Numbered from the whole stretch's first letter, positions 24,438-36,855 are shown. The stretch is 63,110 nt of DNA, filler included, from Octopus bimaculoides (GCF_001194135.2; 7 parts of 7 records of this genome joined end to end with filler, not necessarily neighbours in it); one strand, 5' to 3'. Notes: generated from the sequence alone by a model not told the origin. Numbers and translations: made by a program.

Positions 24438-26281
24438 CTGAAAATAAAATTTAAACAATAATAAATAAAACATAAAAACAGTTCAACAAAACCAATAAAA
24501 ACTGTATAATTTAGTTCAAGATTAAAAAGGAGAATGTTTACTTTGAATTTGATGCATAAAATATAGAATTAGTGGATTAGATAAAATTGTGCTTATTGTG
24601 AGAAATAGTTAAAACAATGAAAAACTCATTCTTCTAATTAGAAGAATTAGTTGACTTTTCTCTTCTTCAAGTTGTAGAAATACATAAATGGACACATGAG
24701 GAAGATTACATTTGTATTATCTGCATCTACATGCTAATAAGATGACCACAGCATTGTGTATAATATCCGCACAGAAAATAGTCTTGGTCTGGTAACATCT
24801 TTAGAACTGAAGATGTTACTCACTTGAAGAAAAGATTAAGACATAAACATGATATCAGATATGAAAAGAGAATGTTTCAAGGAAAGACTGCATAATGATT
24901 CTAAAGACTGGGAACAAAGACTTGAGAAAGTCTTTGCTGAAAAACAAGAAAAAGAAATAACAAAATAATCAAAGTCCAAGATACGTAAAAAAATATTAGC
25001 AAAAACATGAATATAAATGAAATATATCAATTCACAAAGTTGCAAAGCTAATACAAGAAGAGGTGGAAGCTTCATAAAGGAGTTCTTTCTCTCAAAAGAC
25101 AACAACTGGCAGAAAGGTGGTTTCAGGTGATTCAACATGATGGCCTCTACTTTGAATGCTAGACTGCTTCCTGCTTCTCTTGTAATTTGATGAATAATGC
25201 AAATAAGTTACCAAAATATTGCAAAACTTTTGACTGAAAACAATATCTAACAAGTCTCCATAAAAACACAATCCAAGGTTATTCAACAGTCTACTGAAAG
25301 AACAGTTCACTGAGGTAACAAAGCCAGTTTAATCTCTAAAATCACCTGCTTATAAGCTAGAAAAAGCTTAACAATATTATAAAGATAAGTCCTCATCAAG
25401 CAAAGCTAATTTACTTCCTGAGAACAGAAGGAACGTGGGAAATGTTGACATTAATATAAAGATTACTTATTAACAAGGAGTCTCTGTAGATAACATTGAT
25501 TGATTTTCAGAAGAATGAAAGGAGCCATGGAAGTTAGAAAAACAAGAAATGTAAAGTTCAAAATCTTCCTAACAAATCTTCCATAAGTGAGACATGAATA
25601 ATGAACAACAATTATCTGTGCTAACTTCATCATCAACCAAAGTATGTCCAATACTTTATCTTCCAAATACAGTTATCTTATCACCTACAAAAGATTAGAT
25701 AGAGTCAGGTGCACAATATATTTGAGAAAAGGTTTTAAAATATTTCTTTTAAAAAATTATGCAGGAGAAATATATTAAAACAAATTTTGGAATAGAATAT
25801 TTCGAGAAAATAACACGTAACTGATTCTCAGAACATACATACTGTTTGGTACAGTTGGAAAGTGTTCAAATTTCTTGTGGTCATCAGGGTTAGATTATGA
25901 AAATAATATGTTTAAATTAGAGTTGTTGCAATATAAATTTTCTGAAAAATCAAACCCCCTCTCATAAGTTTTTTTTTTGTCCTGCTTGAATTGGTTTAAA
26001 TTCCCTTTATAGGGTTTGAATCTGAAATTTTATTTCTAATGCATTATGAACTATTTTATTATTTTTAATAATATGAAAGTGAATGTCGGAGTTCGTAGAG
26101 AGAAGGGGTTACTACTTGTTGTATGGAGGTTTTGAACTGATATCCTTTTCCATTCTGTTTTGAAATCCTGACAAAGTAGACTGCCTTCCATTTTCCTGGC
26201 AGTAATGAAAGAAATATCCGTACTGTATCATTTTATGGAACCTTGTGCCAAAGATAGAAATCCTTATTCCATTTTTTTGTT

Positions 26282-26667
26282 TGTTGGCACAGCGTCGCTT
26301 ATGACGTCGAGGGTTCCAGTTGATCCGATCAAAAGAAACAGCCTGCTCGTGAAATTAACATGCAAGTAGCTGAGCACTCCACAGACACGTGTACCCTTAA
26401 CGTAGTTCTCAGGGGATATTCAGCATGACACAGAGTGTGACAAGGCTGACCCTTTGAATTACAGGCACAACAGAAACAGGAAGTAAGAGCGGGAGAAAGT
26501 TGTGGTGAAAGAGTACAGCAGGGTTCGCCACCATCCCCTGCCGGAGCCTCATGGAGCTTTAGGTGCTTTCGCTCAATAAACACTCACAACGCCCGGTCTG
26601 GGAATTGAAACCGCGATCCTATGACCGCGAGTCCGCTGCCCTAACCACTGGGCCATTGCGCCTCCAC
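26282..26667 (-). mobile_element. tRNA-derived SINE family B, full length
   Basis: The minus strand reads GTGGAGGCGCAATGGCCCAGTGGTTAGGGCAGCGG...GGTTTCAATTCCC; the body is shared with 34716, 42409, 59742 and 61495. Confidence 0.9.
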
Positions 26668-26724
26668 CGGTACATACTATTAACCATTGGCTTTATAAAA
26701 GATAGAGCAATAGCATTAACTTAC

Positions 26725-26853
26725 AGTCCATTTCGCTGGATGTGAGGTGGATGAATCCATTCCAACATCGTAATCTGTCGGTTGTGCTGGTGATGTGGGG
26801 GAACTGCTGCTTTCGTGGCTGCTGTGAGAGCTGCTATGCTCTTCCGCTGGAAG
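26725..26853 (-). CDS. ph: Polyhomeotic-like protein, penultimate coding exon
   Basis: TTGTCCAG|CTT...TGGACT|GTAAGT; 129 nt, phase 0-0. It encodes LPAEEHSSSH...SHPAKWT and supplies the WT that precedes the SAM-domain V. Confidence 0.9.
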
Positions 26854-26966
26854 CTGGACAACAAACAGACAATTATATGTAATTTTGTTTACGTAACTGT
26901 GTAGAATGATATACATACATAAAGACATTCAAATATAATACACAGATATGTATCTACATTTAAACA

Positions 26967-27166
26967 ACATACAAAAATAAGAGGAACGACTAGCAAAAGT
27001 GGCCTCCTATATGCTAGAAATAGATGCCGAATCATCTAACCATGAAGAATATGTTCTCAGTAAAAATTTTTACTGAGAACATATTCTTCGTGGTTAGATG
27101 ATTCGGCATCTATTTCTAGCATATAGGAGGCCACTTTTGCTGGTCGTTCCTCTTATTTTTGTATGT
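26967..27166. repeat. 200-bp loop-less palindrome (100-bp arms, 98/100 paired)
   Basis: Checked base by base. The centre is at 27066|27067 and the only mismatches are 26991/27142 and 27043/27090. Confidence 0.95.
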
Positions 27167-27704
27167 AATATAATTTTAATCTTCAGATTTTTTTAATATG
27201 CTAGACCACTGGTTTTAATTGAATAATATCAATTTCTACCCTTATTATTAAATTTTAAACAACAGATATATATGTGTGTGTGTGTGTATGCACTTTTGCN
27301 NNNNNNNNNNNNNNNNNNNNNNNNNNNNNNNNNNNNNNNNNNNNNNNNNNNNNNNNNNNNNNNNNNNNNNNNNNNNNNNNNNNNNNNNNNNNNNNNNNNN
27401 NNNNNNNNNNNNNNNNNNNNNNNNNNNNNNNNNNNNNNNNNNNNNNNNNNNNNNNNNNNNNNNNNNNNNNNNNNNNNNNNNNNNNNNNNNNNNNNNNNNN
27501 NNNNNNNNNNNNNNNNNNNNNNNNNNNNNNNNNNNNNNNNNNNNNNNNNNNNNNNNNNNNNNNNNAAAAAAAAAAACAAAAAAAAAAACACACTTATTTA
27601 CAATACAACAGGCCAACAACATCCCTCTGTACATATTGAAAAAAAATTCTTTAAACAAAATTCTTTGGAATTCTCTATAATAAAATAGAATAAAATAACA
27701 AAGG

Positions 27705-27905
27705 CCTTCATGCCAGTGGCACGTAAAAGAACCCACTACACTCTCGGCATGGTTGGCGTTAGGAAGGGCATCCAGCTGTAGTATTCTGCTAAATCAGATT
27801 GGAGCCTGGTGTAGCCATCTGGTTTCACCAGTCCTCAGTCAAATCGTTCAACCCATGCTAGCATGGAAAGCAGACATTAAAACGACGATGATGATGATGA
27901 TGATG
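27705..27905 (+). mobile_element. SINE family C, 3' part with (GAT)n tail
   Basis: Reads GGCGTTAGGAAGGGCATCCAGCTGTAG...CAACCCATGCTAGCATGGAAAG...(GAT)n; repeated at 28500 and 31535. Confidence 0.85.
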
Positions 27906-27949
27906 ACTGATTCTATTAGGTTTATATTTTTGTAAGTTTTTTGCTGTTT

Positions 27950-28390
27950 AATTCTTCCCTTTGACAATTCAGTGCTATCATTAGGGGTCTTTTAACTTCC
28001 ATAATCTGAATCAATTTCTTCACAGAATAAAATTCAGGAATTGTAGATTGGTTTTTGAATGGGAAGAGAATAGATGGGTGTAAGGTGAGGAAGAATGGAA
28101 TTTGGTGTTTAGGTGACTGAAAAGAGAAAGCAGTGGAAGGGGTTGATGTTGTGGGCTTGGCAGAGGGCAAGGTCCACAACTAATTGAGAGGAATCTCAAT
28201 TCAGAAAGATATGTTGCATTCTCTCCACATTGGGATACAAATCTCGAATCAATCCTGTAGAACTGGCAAAGTGAAAGGAATTGATGAATGACGAGGATTA
28301 AGTGTGTTTGGAGTCAGAAGAAGGAAGGAATGTGGGTCAGTAAGTTTGTAGTGGACAGATGTGAGAGAGAGAGATCTGGGACCTGAATGA
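27950..28390 (-). mobile_element. Old LINE fragment (probably the post-endonuclease region)
   Basis: Coding-like but frameshifted; the family cannot be resolved by eye. Confidence 0.35.
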
Positions 28391-28458
28391 ATAGGAGACC
28401 TATATTAGTTATTGCTAACAGTACTGTGACACAAACAGGGTTTTTTGGGGGTTTTTTT

Positions 28459-28919
28459 TTAACCCTTTAGTGTTTGGATTATTCTCTCAAATACCATTTT
28501 GAGCGTGGCCGTTGCCAGTACCGCCTGACTGGCCTTCGTGCGGGTGACACGTAAAAGCACCCACTACACTCTCTGAGTGGTTGGCGTTAGGAAGGGCATC
28601 CAGCTGTAGAAACTCTGCCAAATCAGATTGGAGCCTGGTGTAGCCATCTGGTTTCACCAGTCCTCAGTCAAATCGTCCAACCCATGCTAGCATAGAAAGC
28701 GGACGTTAAACGATGATGATGATGTTATGTTTGTTTGTTTATATTGTTTTGAATTAATCATGCATTATCTTGTAGTTTAGAGATTTCAGTGATGTGATTT
28801 TTTTAGTTTTAGAAATGACATGGTAGGGCTGAGGTGAGAGGCCAGATCTGGTCAGTTTCTGTATAAAACAGGTTAAATATTTTGGCCGGTTATGGCCGGT
28901 TTGAATGCTGAAGGGTTAA
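28459..28919. mobile_element. TTAA-flanked piggyBac-like MITE interrupted by a SINE
   Basis: TTAA|CCCTTTAG ... GCTGAAGGG|TTAA termini. The 3' half recurs at 33590-33723. Confidence 0.75.
28500..28724 (+). mobile_element. SINE family C nested in the MITE
   Basis: Same sequence as 27705 and 31535, ending in (GAT)n. Confidence 0.85.
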
Positions 28920-30807
28920 TATAATACTAAGCAACAATATCCATAAGAACAAGAAGAAAAATTAGCAAATGTCTGCATCAATACATTGTAGAATACTAAA
29001 AATAGAATTGAAATTAAAAGAAATTTCAGTATTAAATCTGAAAAGATTAATAACCACATAAAAAAAAATATTGATACAATACACCATTGATGAAAGTAAT
29101 GATGATGCATTCTAAAATAACCCAAAAGTTGTTATTCTTCATAACTATTCAAAGATAGAAGTCACTCCTATCCTAAAAGTTTACCCCCACCTCCATATAC
29201 AGGACCACGAGCATATTTGCAGCATTATAAGTGTTGCCATCATAAACAAATATCAGCATTATTATTGATGCAACCACTACAAGCCTTTATGAGAAACCCT
29301 TACTACTACAGTTTTTGACCAACCAACGACAGCATTTATGACCTGCCTAGAGTCAGAGGATTGTCTGCGGAAAGAATTTTCGGCCAATTCAGTTCTACAA
29401 AAAGGCAGCATTTCTTAGAAAACTGGAGGGAAGAAAAGTGCTGTAGTCCACTTTGTTGCTTTTCTCTTTGAAAGGTTTTGTTTTTCCGTGCTTTAAGAAG
29501 TGGCAATTAGATTATTTTCCTAATTAGTCCCCTCACCATCATGCAGCAGTTCATTTTCACACTCCTAAGATTTGATCTCTTTCAGTAATAGACAGCTCAA
29601 CTCTGACAAGTCAGCCACAACCATCCCCTCATAAAGATAACATTTTTTTAAGAGCCAGTCAAAAAAACAACTCTTCTCAAAAGTGAAATGCTTTTCATCA
29701 TCTAATATGTACAAACTATCATTTCACTTCTTTGAGCAGTGTTTTCTTTTTACTTACAATAACTATGATATCACACATCTATTATCAATTCTCCCCTCCT
29801 CCTCATCCACTTGCATGCATATACTTGGTATGCTAGAAATAATGCAGGGTTATTTTCTCCCACTTCTCCATTTCTCTGTATTATTAAAACACACATCCAG
29901 CTAAAACTAATATCATTGCTATACGTTTTTGTGAATGTTAAGTCTGGTTAGTGCAATTATTTTTTTTCAAATCCGCAAAAAAAAAGGACAAAAAAATGAG
30001 TTTTGCTTATTGTAAATAAGGACTTCTTTTCTTCTTTGCTTTTCAAAGCTAACCAAATTTTACGTTGCTTTTGTCCAAGAATATAAATGCATGTTATTTT
30101 CAATTATATTTCTGTAAACCTAGAGGAACCTTTTTGCTTTGCCACTACTAAGTTTCTTGTAGAATGGAATCATTTGTTTTAATTCCATTTTCCAGCTCAT
30201 TAATACAGAGAACAGCTTTTTGGAGTGTGCAACTTAATTTCCTGGAATGAAAACATGCTTTTGCAGAGATTGTGCTTTTTATTATTAATAATTAGTTTAA
30301 ATTTGGTCACATTTCAACATTGCCGTAAACTAGAGTCACATGTGTGCCATACATCTACACTAAATGCACCTCATTAAACAAGAGAGTAATATTAAGACTG
30401 TTTTTGTCATCTTTCAGATAAGCTTTGTAGACAAAAGATAAGCTAACATCAACACAACCATCAGTACAATCTGATCTCAGAATCATGAAGAAACTGAATT
30501 AAGATAATTATAGAGATAAATTATCAGAGTTGACTGCTGCTCTTTGATTCATAAAATATTGAAAGCAGCAGGATACATGTTAAAACATGGTAGGTAGCGA
30601 ATAATTATTATCATGTGAAGATGACAGACACACGAAAGCAAATTGAAATTCAAACATTAAAAGAATCACAAGGCCAAATGCCGACCCTTTACTTATCGAT
30701 GTCCACATCTCCTACCCCAAAAAGCAAGTATTCTATCAGCAATGGAAATTGAAAAGTTAAAATACATTCACTTCAATACAACCATTCCTACTTCAAAGTG
30801 AACTAAA

Positions 30808-31038
30808 TTAACCCTTTTGTTACCATATTTCTGTTGAGATGCTCTGTGTTTCTTTCGATTAATTTTAAATATAACAAAAAATTTAGTAAAATAACTTAGT
30901 TATCATTCAGCTAGTGTCAGGAACATAAAGTGTGACTAAGGTTTGGTGGAAGATTTTAATTCAAACCTTTTGAAAACATGACATTTGTACTAAAAAGCCA
31001 GAGGCAGTTTCAGTTGGGGGTGGTATCAAAAGGGTTAA
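30808..31038. mobile_element. TTAA-flanked piggyBac-like MITE
   Basis: TTAA-CCCTTTTGTTACCA ... TGGTATCAAAAGGG-TTAA; the TIRs match at 13 of 14 positions. Confidence 0.85.
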
Positions 31039-31534
31039 ACACTAGCTATCAAATCAGTGTTGTCTAGCTTTGTGCAATAATTCATGCCTTAAAGTTAAAA
31101 ATACATCTCTGATGATAAGGGGCTAGGCAGTTGGTCACACGGTGATGTTTTCAAATCTTCATATTATAATAATTATTACACTACATTGATTTACATTAAT
31201 TTCTCTATGAATAGTGAGATGTTTCTTGAAAATTTATATTTACTTTTGTTGTAGCTTTCATTTCCAAAGTTGAATATTTTGCTCAGTAAAATAACCAAGT
31301 TGATAATAGTAATGGTTTATTACTTCATGGAACAAAACTCTGCTCCACTTCTAACCATTCACAGGGTTAAACTCTGCTGCACCAACAAAATAGCTTCTTC
31401 AAAAAGCAAAGCAAGCTTATCATTCCACTTGGCTTCCGTTATGTTCATCTCTGGTGGTTGATACTAAATTCCATAAACATTTCACAGTTTACTAATTAGC
31501 AGTAATGAAGATATTTCCTAAGTCTGAACAAGGA

Positions 31535-31822
31535 GATCGTTGCCAGTGCTGCTGGACTGGCTCTCGTGCAGGTGGCACGTAAAATACACCATTTTCAGTG
31601 TGGCCATTGCCAGTACCACCTGACTGGCCTTCGTGTTGGTGGCACGTAAAAGAACCCAGTACACCCTCGGAGTGGTTGGTGTTAGGAAGGGCATCCAGCT
31701 GTAGAAACACTGCCAAATCAGATTGGAGCCTGGTGTAGCCATCTGGTTTTACCAGTTCTAAGTCAAATCGTCCAACCCATGCTAGCATGGAAAGCGGACG
31801 TTAAACGATGATGATGATGATG
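31535..31822 (+). mobile_element. SINE family C with an internal duplication
   Basis: Two copies of the TTGCCAGT...GACTGGC...GGTGGCACGTAAAA block, followed by the standard body and a (GAT)n tail. Confidence 0.85.
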
Positions 31823-31917
31823 AATGATTACCTCTGATTTTGTGATGTCAAAGCAGGTAAAAGACAAATCTCTAAACAGGATTTTTTCCAGATCAATCTA
31901 GTAACTACTACTTATAG

Positions 31918-31952
<35 letters not shown>

Positions 31953-32580
31953 ATATATATAACAATGAAACGCTTGGACAAGATTTGTGTCAATATGAAA
32001 GGGAAAACATTCAGCTGTTTAAAAACTTAACAAAATAAGCAAATATCTAACTTTTGAAAAAAAAAAAAAAAGTCCCTCACCCTTGCCATATAAAAATAAA
32101 AACATGACAAAAATAAAAAACAGCAAAAGTTTGCAAGACTACACAACAAACACAAACCTTCACAACAGAAACACAACCACAACAACAATAGTTTGAGAGA
32201 AGACAACAAGAAACAGTAAAAGACTTTTGGTCCTAAAGAGAAGAAAAAAGAAGAAAAGACAGGACAAGATTTGAACAGTACCCTATCTCTAACACCATCT
32301 CGCCTTGTATTGTTTGACATAGTGTTTCTTATTCTTTGGAAGGGCTGGAAAAAAGTTAAATATTTCTGTAAATACATGTTTCTATCATTTTATACAACAG
32401 ATTTGACAGAAAATGACAAACCTAACCAACACACACACACACAGTCTTCCTCTCGCTTTCTCTCTGAACACACACACAGACACACGCACACTCTCTCATA
32501 CACACACACACACAAACTTTGCATATAGCATTCTATAGTTCTAAACCACAAATGAATCAAAATAGATAACAAACTCTTAC

Positions 32581-32684
32581 CCTAGATGGAATATTATAAG
32601 ACATCCTGCCAACGCGGCTGGGACGCCATGTCTTTCGGACCTTAAGGGTAGGTTTCCTTCGTTTAACATATTTCGGTCCTGAAC
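32581..32684 (-). CDS. ph: Polyhomeotic-like protein, internal exon (basic region)
   Basis: TTTTATCCTTGTAG|GTTCAGG...TCTAGG|GTAAGA; 104 nt, phase 1-0. It encodes GSGPKYVKRRKPTLKVRKTWRPSRVGRMSYNIPSR and is in frame with 26853. The assignment rests on splice signals and phase, not on homology. Confidence 0.7.
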
Positions 32685-32711
32685 CTACAAGGATAAAAGA
32701 GAAACATTTTA

Positions 32712-32769
<58 letters not shown>

Positions 32770-33589
32770 TGAGTATGTTGTCATCATTGGCAACAGCAGT
32801 CAGCTCACTGTTTGTAGCTGAGATGCTAATAGTGACTCCAATGTTTATAGCTGTAGCCCAGAACAGATTGCATAGACGTTCACACACACACAGAGAATCA
32901 ATATCATCCTCATCAGTTTACATCAATTTTCCATGCTGGCATGAGCCGCACAGTTCAACAGGAAGGGCCTGATGGGTCAGGGGAGCACCTCTTGCCCCAA
33001 TATCTTGCTTTTAACATTGTCTCTTTGAATGAATGCCCTTCCTAACCGTAACCACATGATACAGCACGCTGGGTGCACCAGCATGAAAGAAGTGGCCTTG
33101 CCCTCAGCAAGACCTACAGTATTGCTGCTTAGTTCAATTTACCAACCACTTACAGTGAATTGGTAACTTTTTTTTGGTGGCACCAACACTTGCAGGGTCA
33201 CATGTTTCTTTCATTGCAAACTGAAAGAGAGCCCTCATGACTGAAAGATTAGAAGCTGAAAGTATGATGGAAGACACAAGTGTAGCAGCTCTGTTTGATA
33301 TTGGCTTACATGCAAATAGACATTTCTCCATTTCAGCAGTTGTTGGTTCACAGTCAGTTACAAAAAAAGGAGGTGGAGAAGAGGAAGGGCAGGGCTCATG
33401 ACCTTTGGAGTTCTACTAGATTGGCAAGCTACTGAAATGAATCAGATTTACCTACCTAGATGTAATACTATAAAATAATGATTCTAATGCTGACAAGCTA
33501 ACCTTCTCAACATGGACATCCTACACAAGGAACAGAGACTTCTCTGTTTCAACTTTGATCAGATTCATGATCCAAAAATGTTCCAGCCA

Positions 33590-33723
33590 TGATGAGGTAA
33601 TTGATGATTTTTTAGAATGGCACTGTAGGATAGGTGTGAGAGGCCAGATGTGGATGATTTGAACATAAAACAGGTAAAATATTTGGCCCCTGGATATGGC
33701 TGGTTTGAATGCTAAAGGGTTAA
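33590..33723. mobile_element. 3' half of the TTAA MITE family seen at 28459
   Basis: Reads GTGAGAGGCCAGATG...AAAACAGGTAAAATATTTGG...TTGAATGCTAAAGGGTTAA. Confidence 0.7.
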
Positions 33724-33740
33724 ATGATATAAAAACTCAC

Positions 33741-33782
33741 CTGAACTCATTCTTTTGTCCACATTTGGGGGGCCCAGCAGAC
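33741..33782 (-). CDS. ph: Candidate 42-nt polyhomeotic micro-exon
   Basis: TTATTTTACTTTCAG|GTCTG...GTTCAG|GTGAGT; phase 1-1. It encodes (G)LLGPPNVDKRMSS(G) and is in frame with the exon at 32684. Confidence 0.55.
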
Positions 33783-34715
33783 CTGAAAGTAAAATAACTT
33801 GTCATCATTGAAAATATTTCGAAAAAAAGATTAGCATGACCATCCAGAATATAAGGTTTAATAGAAAAAATTTCAAAGTTATTTTCAAAGGCAATGCCCC
33901 AGCATGGCCACAGCTCATGAGCTGAAACTAGATAAAATGAAAAATGAAAAAATCGTCGGTTTTAACCCTTTCGTAACTAGATTTTTGACTAAACTACATT
34001 TCTCTGTGTTTCCATTCAATTCTAAAAGAGAGAACTTTGAATGGTTTCTTAAAACAATTATAAAACCTATCTAGATAAATAAACAGTTAACTTAGCTATT
34101 TCCCTGTAGATTGAAAAAAATGACGTACGACCTTAATTAATTTTCAAATCTTTTTGGATTCTCATCAGAGATGTCTACATCAATTTGACCAATCCCTGAG
34201 AAACAAACAGCCAATCTGTTGGTATTCTCAACAACTACACAGTAGCTACAGAAATCTGGGGTTACTAATTTGCATAAAATTTTTTGTTTACTAATATATG
34301 TGATATTCAGAACAAAACTTAAAAAAAAAGAAACTTCTTAAATAAATCTATGCCTGAATTTTAATTATAATTAGATATGACTAATAATAAAAAACTGTGA
34401 GATAGACAAAAGCTGATAGAAGAAAAGAAAGAGTAAATGTCTGAATGAGTATGACTACCCAAAACAATGAGCCAAGAGAAGAGCTAGTCTTGATTTGCTA
34501 TCAGGATTGCATGACATCCTTGAGTATGTTACTTAATACTTAAATGGGTCAGACAGACACAAGTAGATAGCATTACAGAATTTAGTAATGTTAGCTTGAA
34601 ATATCACGAATATAGCTTATAATACAAGGGGGTTCGCCAAGCTGACTTGAAAATGAAGTTTTTAGCTGTGCTGATATGAGTTAATAAGTTAGAAGATTCA
34701 TTATCACATATGTAT

Positions 34716-35097
34716 GTTGGCACTCCGTCGCTTACGTCGTCAAGGGTTCCAGTTGATCCGATCAACGGAACAGCCTTCTTGTGAAATTAACGTGCAAGTG
34801 GCTGAGCACTCCACAGACACGTGTACCCTTAACGTAGTTCTCGGGGATATTCAGCGTGACACAGTGTGACAAGGCTGACCCTTTCAACTACAGGCACAAC
34901 AGAAACAGGAAGTAAGAGTGAGAGAAAGTTGTGGTGAAAGAAAGAGTACAGCAGGGTTCGCCACCATCCCTTGCCGAGCCTCGTGAAGCTTTAGGTGTTT
35001 TCGCTCAATAAACACTCACAACGCCCGGTCTGGGAATCGAAACCGCGATCCTATGACCGCGTGTCCGCTGCCCTAACCACTGGGCCATTGCGTCTCC
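34716..35097 (-). mobile_element. SINE family B, full length with TSD
   Basis: Flanked by CACATATGTAT at 34705-34715 and 35098-35108. Confidence 0.9.
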
Positions 35098-35108
35098 CAC
35101 ATATGTAT

Positions 35109-35208
35109 NNNNNNNNNNNNNNNNNNNNNNNNNNNNNNNNNNNNNNNNNNNNTTAATTAATTAANNNNNNNNNNNNNNNNNNNNNNNNNNNNNNNNNNNN
35201 NNNNNNNN
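35109..35208. other. Artificial scaffold linker
   Basis: 44 N + TTAATTAATTAA (35153-35164) + 44 N. Confidence 0.95.
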
Positions 35209-35254
35209 AAAGATACAAAGCTCCATCTTTGCGATGTATTTAACACAGACAAAT

Positions 35255-35705
35255 TCACATTTGGAACTTGAGAAAAGTCTTTCATATTTTTACTGTTCCA
35301 CTCACAGATTGCATTTGTAATGTGCCAATCAGCCGGTCGATTTCTCTTTCTGAAAATCCCAGTTTATCCCGATTCTCTTTTAAGCATTTACTAGCAAAAC
35401 CTAGTGCTTCAATTATTATTGGTATGAATATGAATTCATCGTCTGGATATAGAAGCTGGAGATTTCGAAGCAGTTGTCCATAGATATCCTCTTTTTCTTT
35501 GATTTTTCAAAGAGATATTTATATCTGCAGCGCAGCTGATCTTCTAAGTTTATTTCAGAACAGCCTTCTATGCGCGTGGCATTCTAAATTGTTTTAATGA
35601 CAACATCGTGCCGCATAGGGAGGTAGTTACATGTCGACATTTTAAGACAGCTGCTAATCACATGAGTGATGTCTTTCACAGAAACATGACATAGCCTCAC
35701 ATGCG
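35255..35705 (-). mobile_element. RLE-type non-LTR retrotransposon, internally deleted 3' end
   Basis: Reads VRLCHVSVKDITHVISSCLKMSTCNYLPMRHDVV (CCHC remnant), then KEDIYGQLLRNLQLLYPDDEFIFIPIIIEALG...LQMQSVSGTVKI*KTFLKF. Confidence 0.75.
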
Positions 35706-35834
35706 GTTGCACCTTGGGATTACATACATACACACTGTGTATGTATGTATGTATGTATGTATGTATGTATGTATGTATGTATGCATGTATGTATGTATGC
35801 ATGTATGTATGCATGTATGTATGTACGTATGTAT

Positions 35835-36030
35835 ATGTGCAGACTTGTACGTTTTGTTTTATGTATGTATTCTCATGCATATAGTTACATATCTAGACAT
35901 GCTCATATATATTTAAATGATAAACTTCAGGAAAGTTTTACAGATTTTTACAGTTCCAATGATGGATTGGATCTGTAGTCTTCGAATCAGCTTTCTCTTT
36001 TCTGATGTTGAGAAGCCTAATTTCTCAAGA
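35835..36030 (-). mobile_element. 3' tip of a second copy of the same RLE retrotransposon family
   Basis: Reads LEKLGFSTSEKRKLIRRLQIQSIIGTVKICKTFLKFII*, followed by a short UTR and a (CATA)n tract. Confidence 0.7.
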
Positions 36031-36077
36031 TTGGTATATACGAGAATTTTCGTATATTCTATGTATGTATGTATGTC

Positions 36078-36485
36078 TATAGGTGCAAGCACAGCTGTGT
36101 GGTGGTATGAAGTTTGCTTCCCAACCACATGGTTCCGGGTTCAGTTCCACTGTGTGACACCTCGGACAAGGGTCTTCTACTCTAGCATCGAGCCGACCAA
36201 ACGCTTGTCAGTCGCTTTGGTAGACAGAAACTGAAAGCCTCTCTTATATATATTGCGTGTTTGTTTGTCCGTGTGTGTTTGTGTGTTTTTGTGTGGCCTT
36301 TCTACCACCACTACTTGGCAACCGGTGATGGTGTATTTACGTCCTTGTAACCCAGAGATTCGGCAAAATTAATCGATAGAAAGTATAGCAGGCTTAAAAT
36401 AGGATCCAACCATTCGACACAAACTTCTTCATGACGGTTGCCCCAGCATGGCCGCTGACTGATAACTGAAACAAATACATAAGAT
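36078..36485 (+). mobile_element. SINE family D (tRNA head plus CORE-like domain)
   Basis: Reads GCTGTGTGGTGG...CCCAACCACATGGTTCCGGGTTCAGTTCCACTG...CTCGGACAAGGGTCTTCTACT...GGTGCCCCAGCATGGCCGC-like tail. Confidence 0.8.
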
Positions 36486-36666
36486 CTAGACATAGAGAAA
36501 CATCAAAGAAATTATGTGTGAATTAATAAGCTAGAAACACGCGCGCGCGCGCACAACCATACATATATGTATGTTATTGAATATGTGTGTATGTGATTGT
36601 TTGTATGTATATGTATTTACACACACAAACACACACACACACACACACACACATACACATACATAC

Positions 36667-36698
<32 letters not shown>

Positions 36699-36783
36699 GT
36701 ATGCATATATGTATCTGTATGTATATATATATATATGTGTATGTATGTGTTTATGTATATGTATATATGAATATGTATATATG

Positions 36784-36855
<72 letters not shown>

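Noticed and set aside
24650-25700. Purine-rich, coding-like stretch in the last ph intron
   Set aside because: It has many stops in all frames and no recognisable motif. It may be an ancient transposon, but that cannot be supported by eye.
33134-33400. ORF 33134-33331 as a further polyhomeotic exon (FCS or HD1 domain)
   Set aside because: It has no FCS (C..CGK...RFCS..CAK) or HD1 motif and no suitable acceptor. The upstream ph exons appear to lie beyond the linker at 35109.
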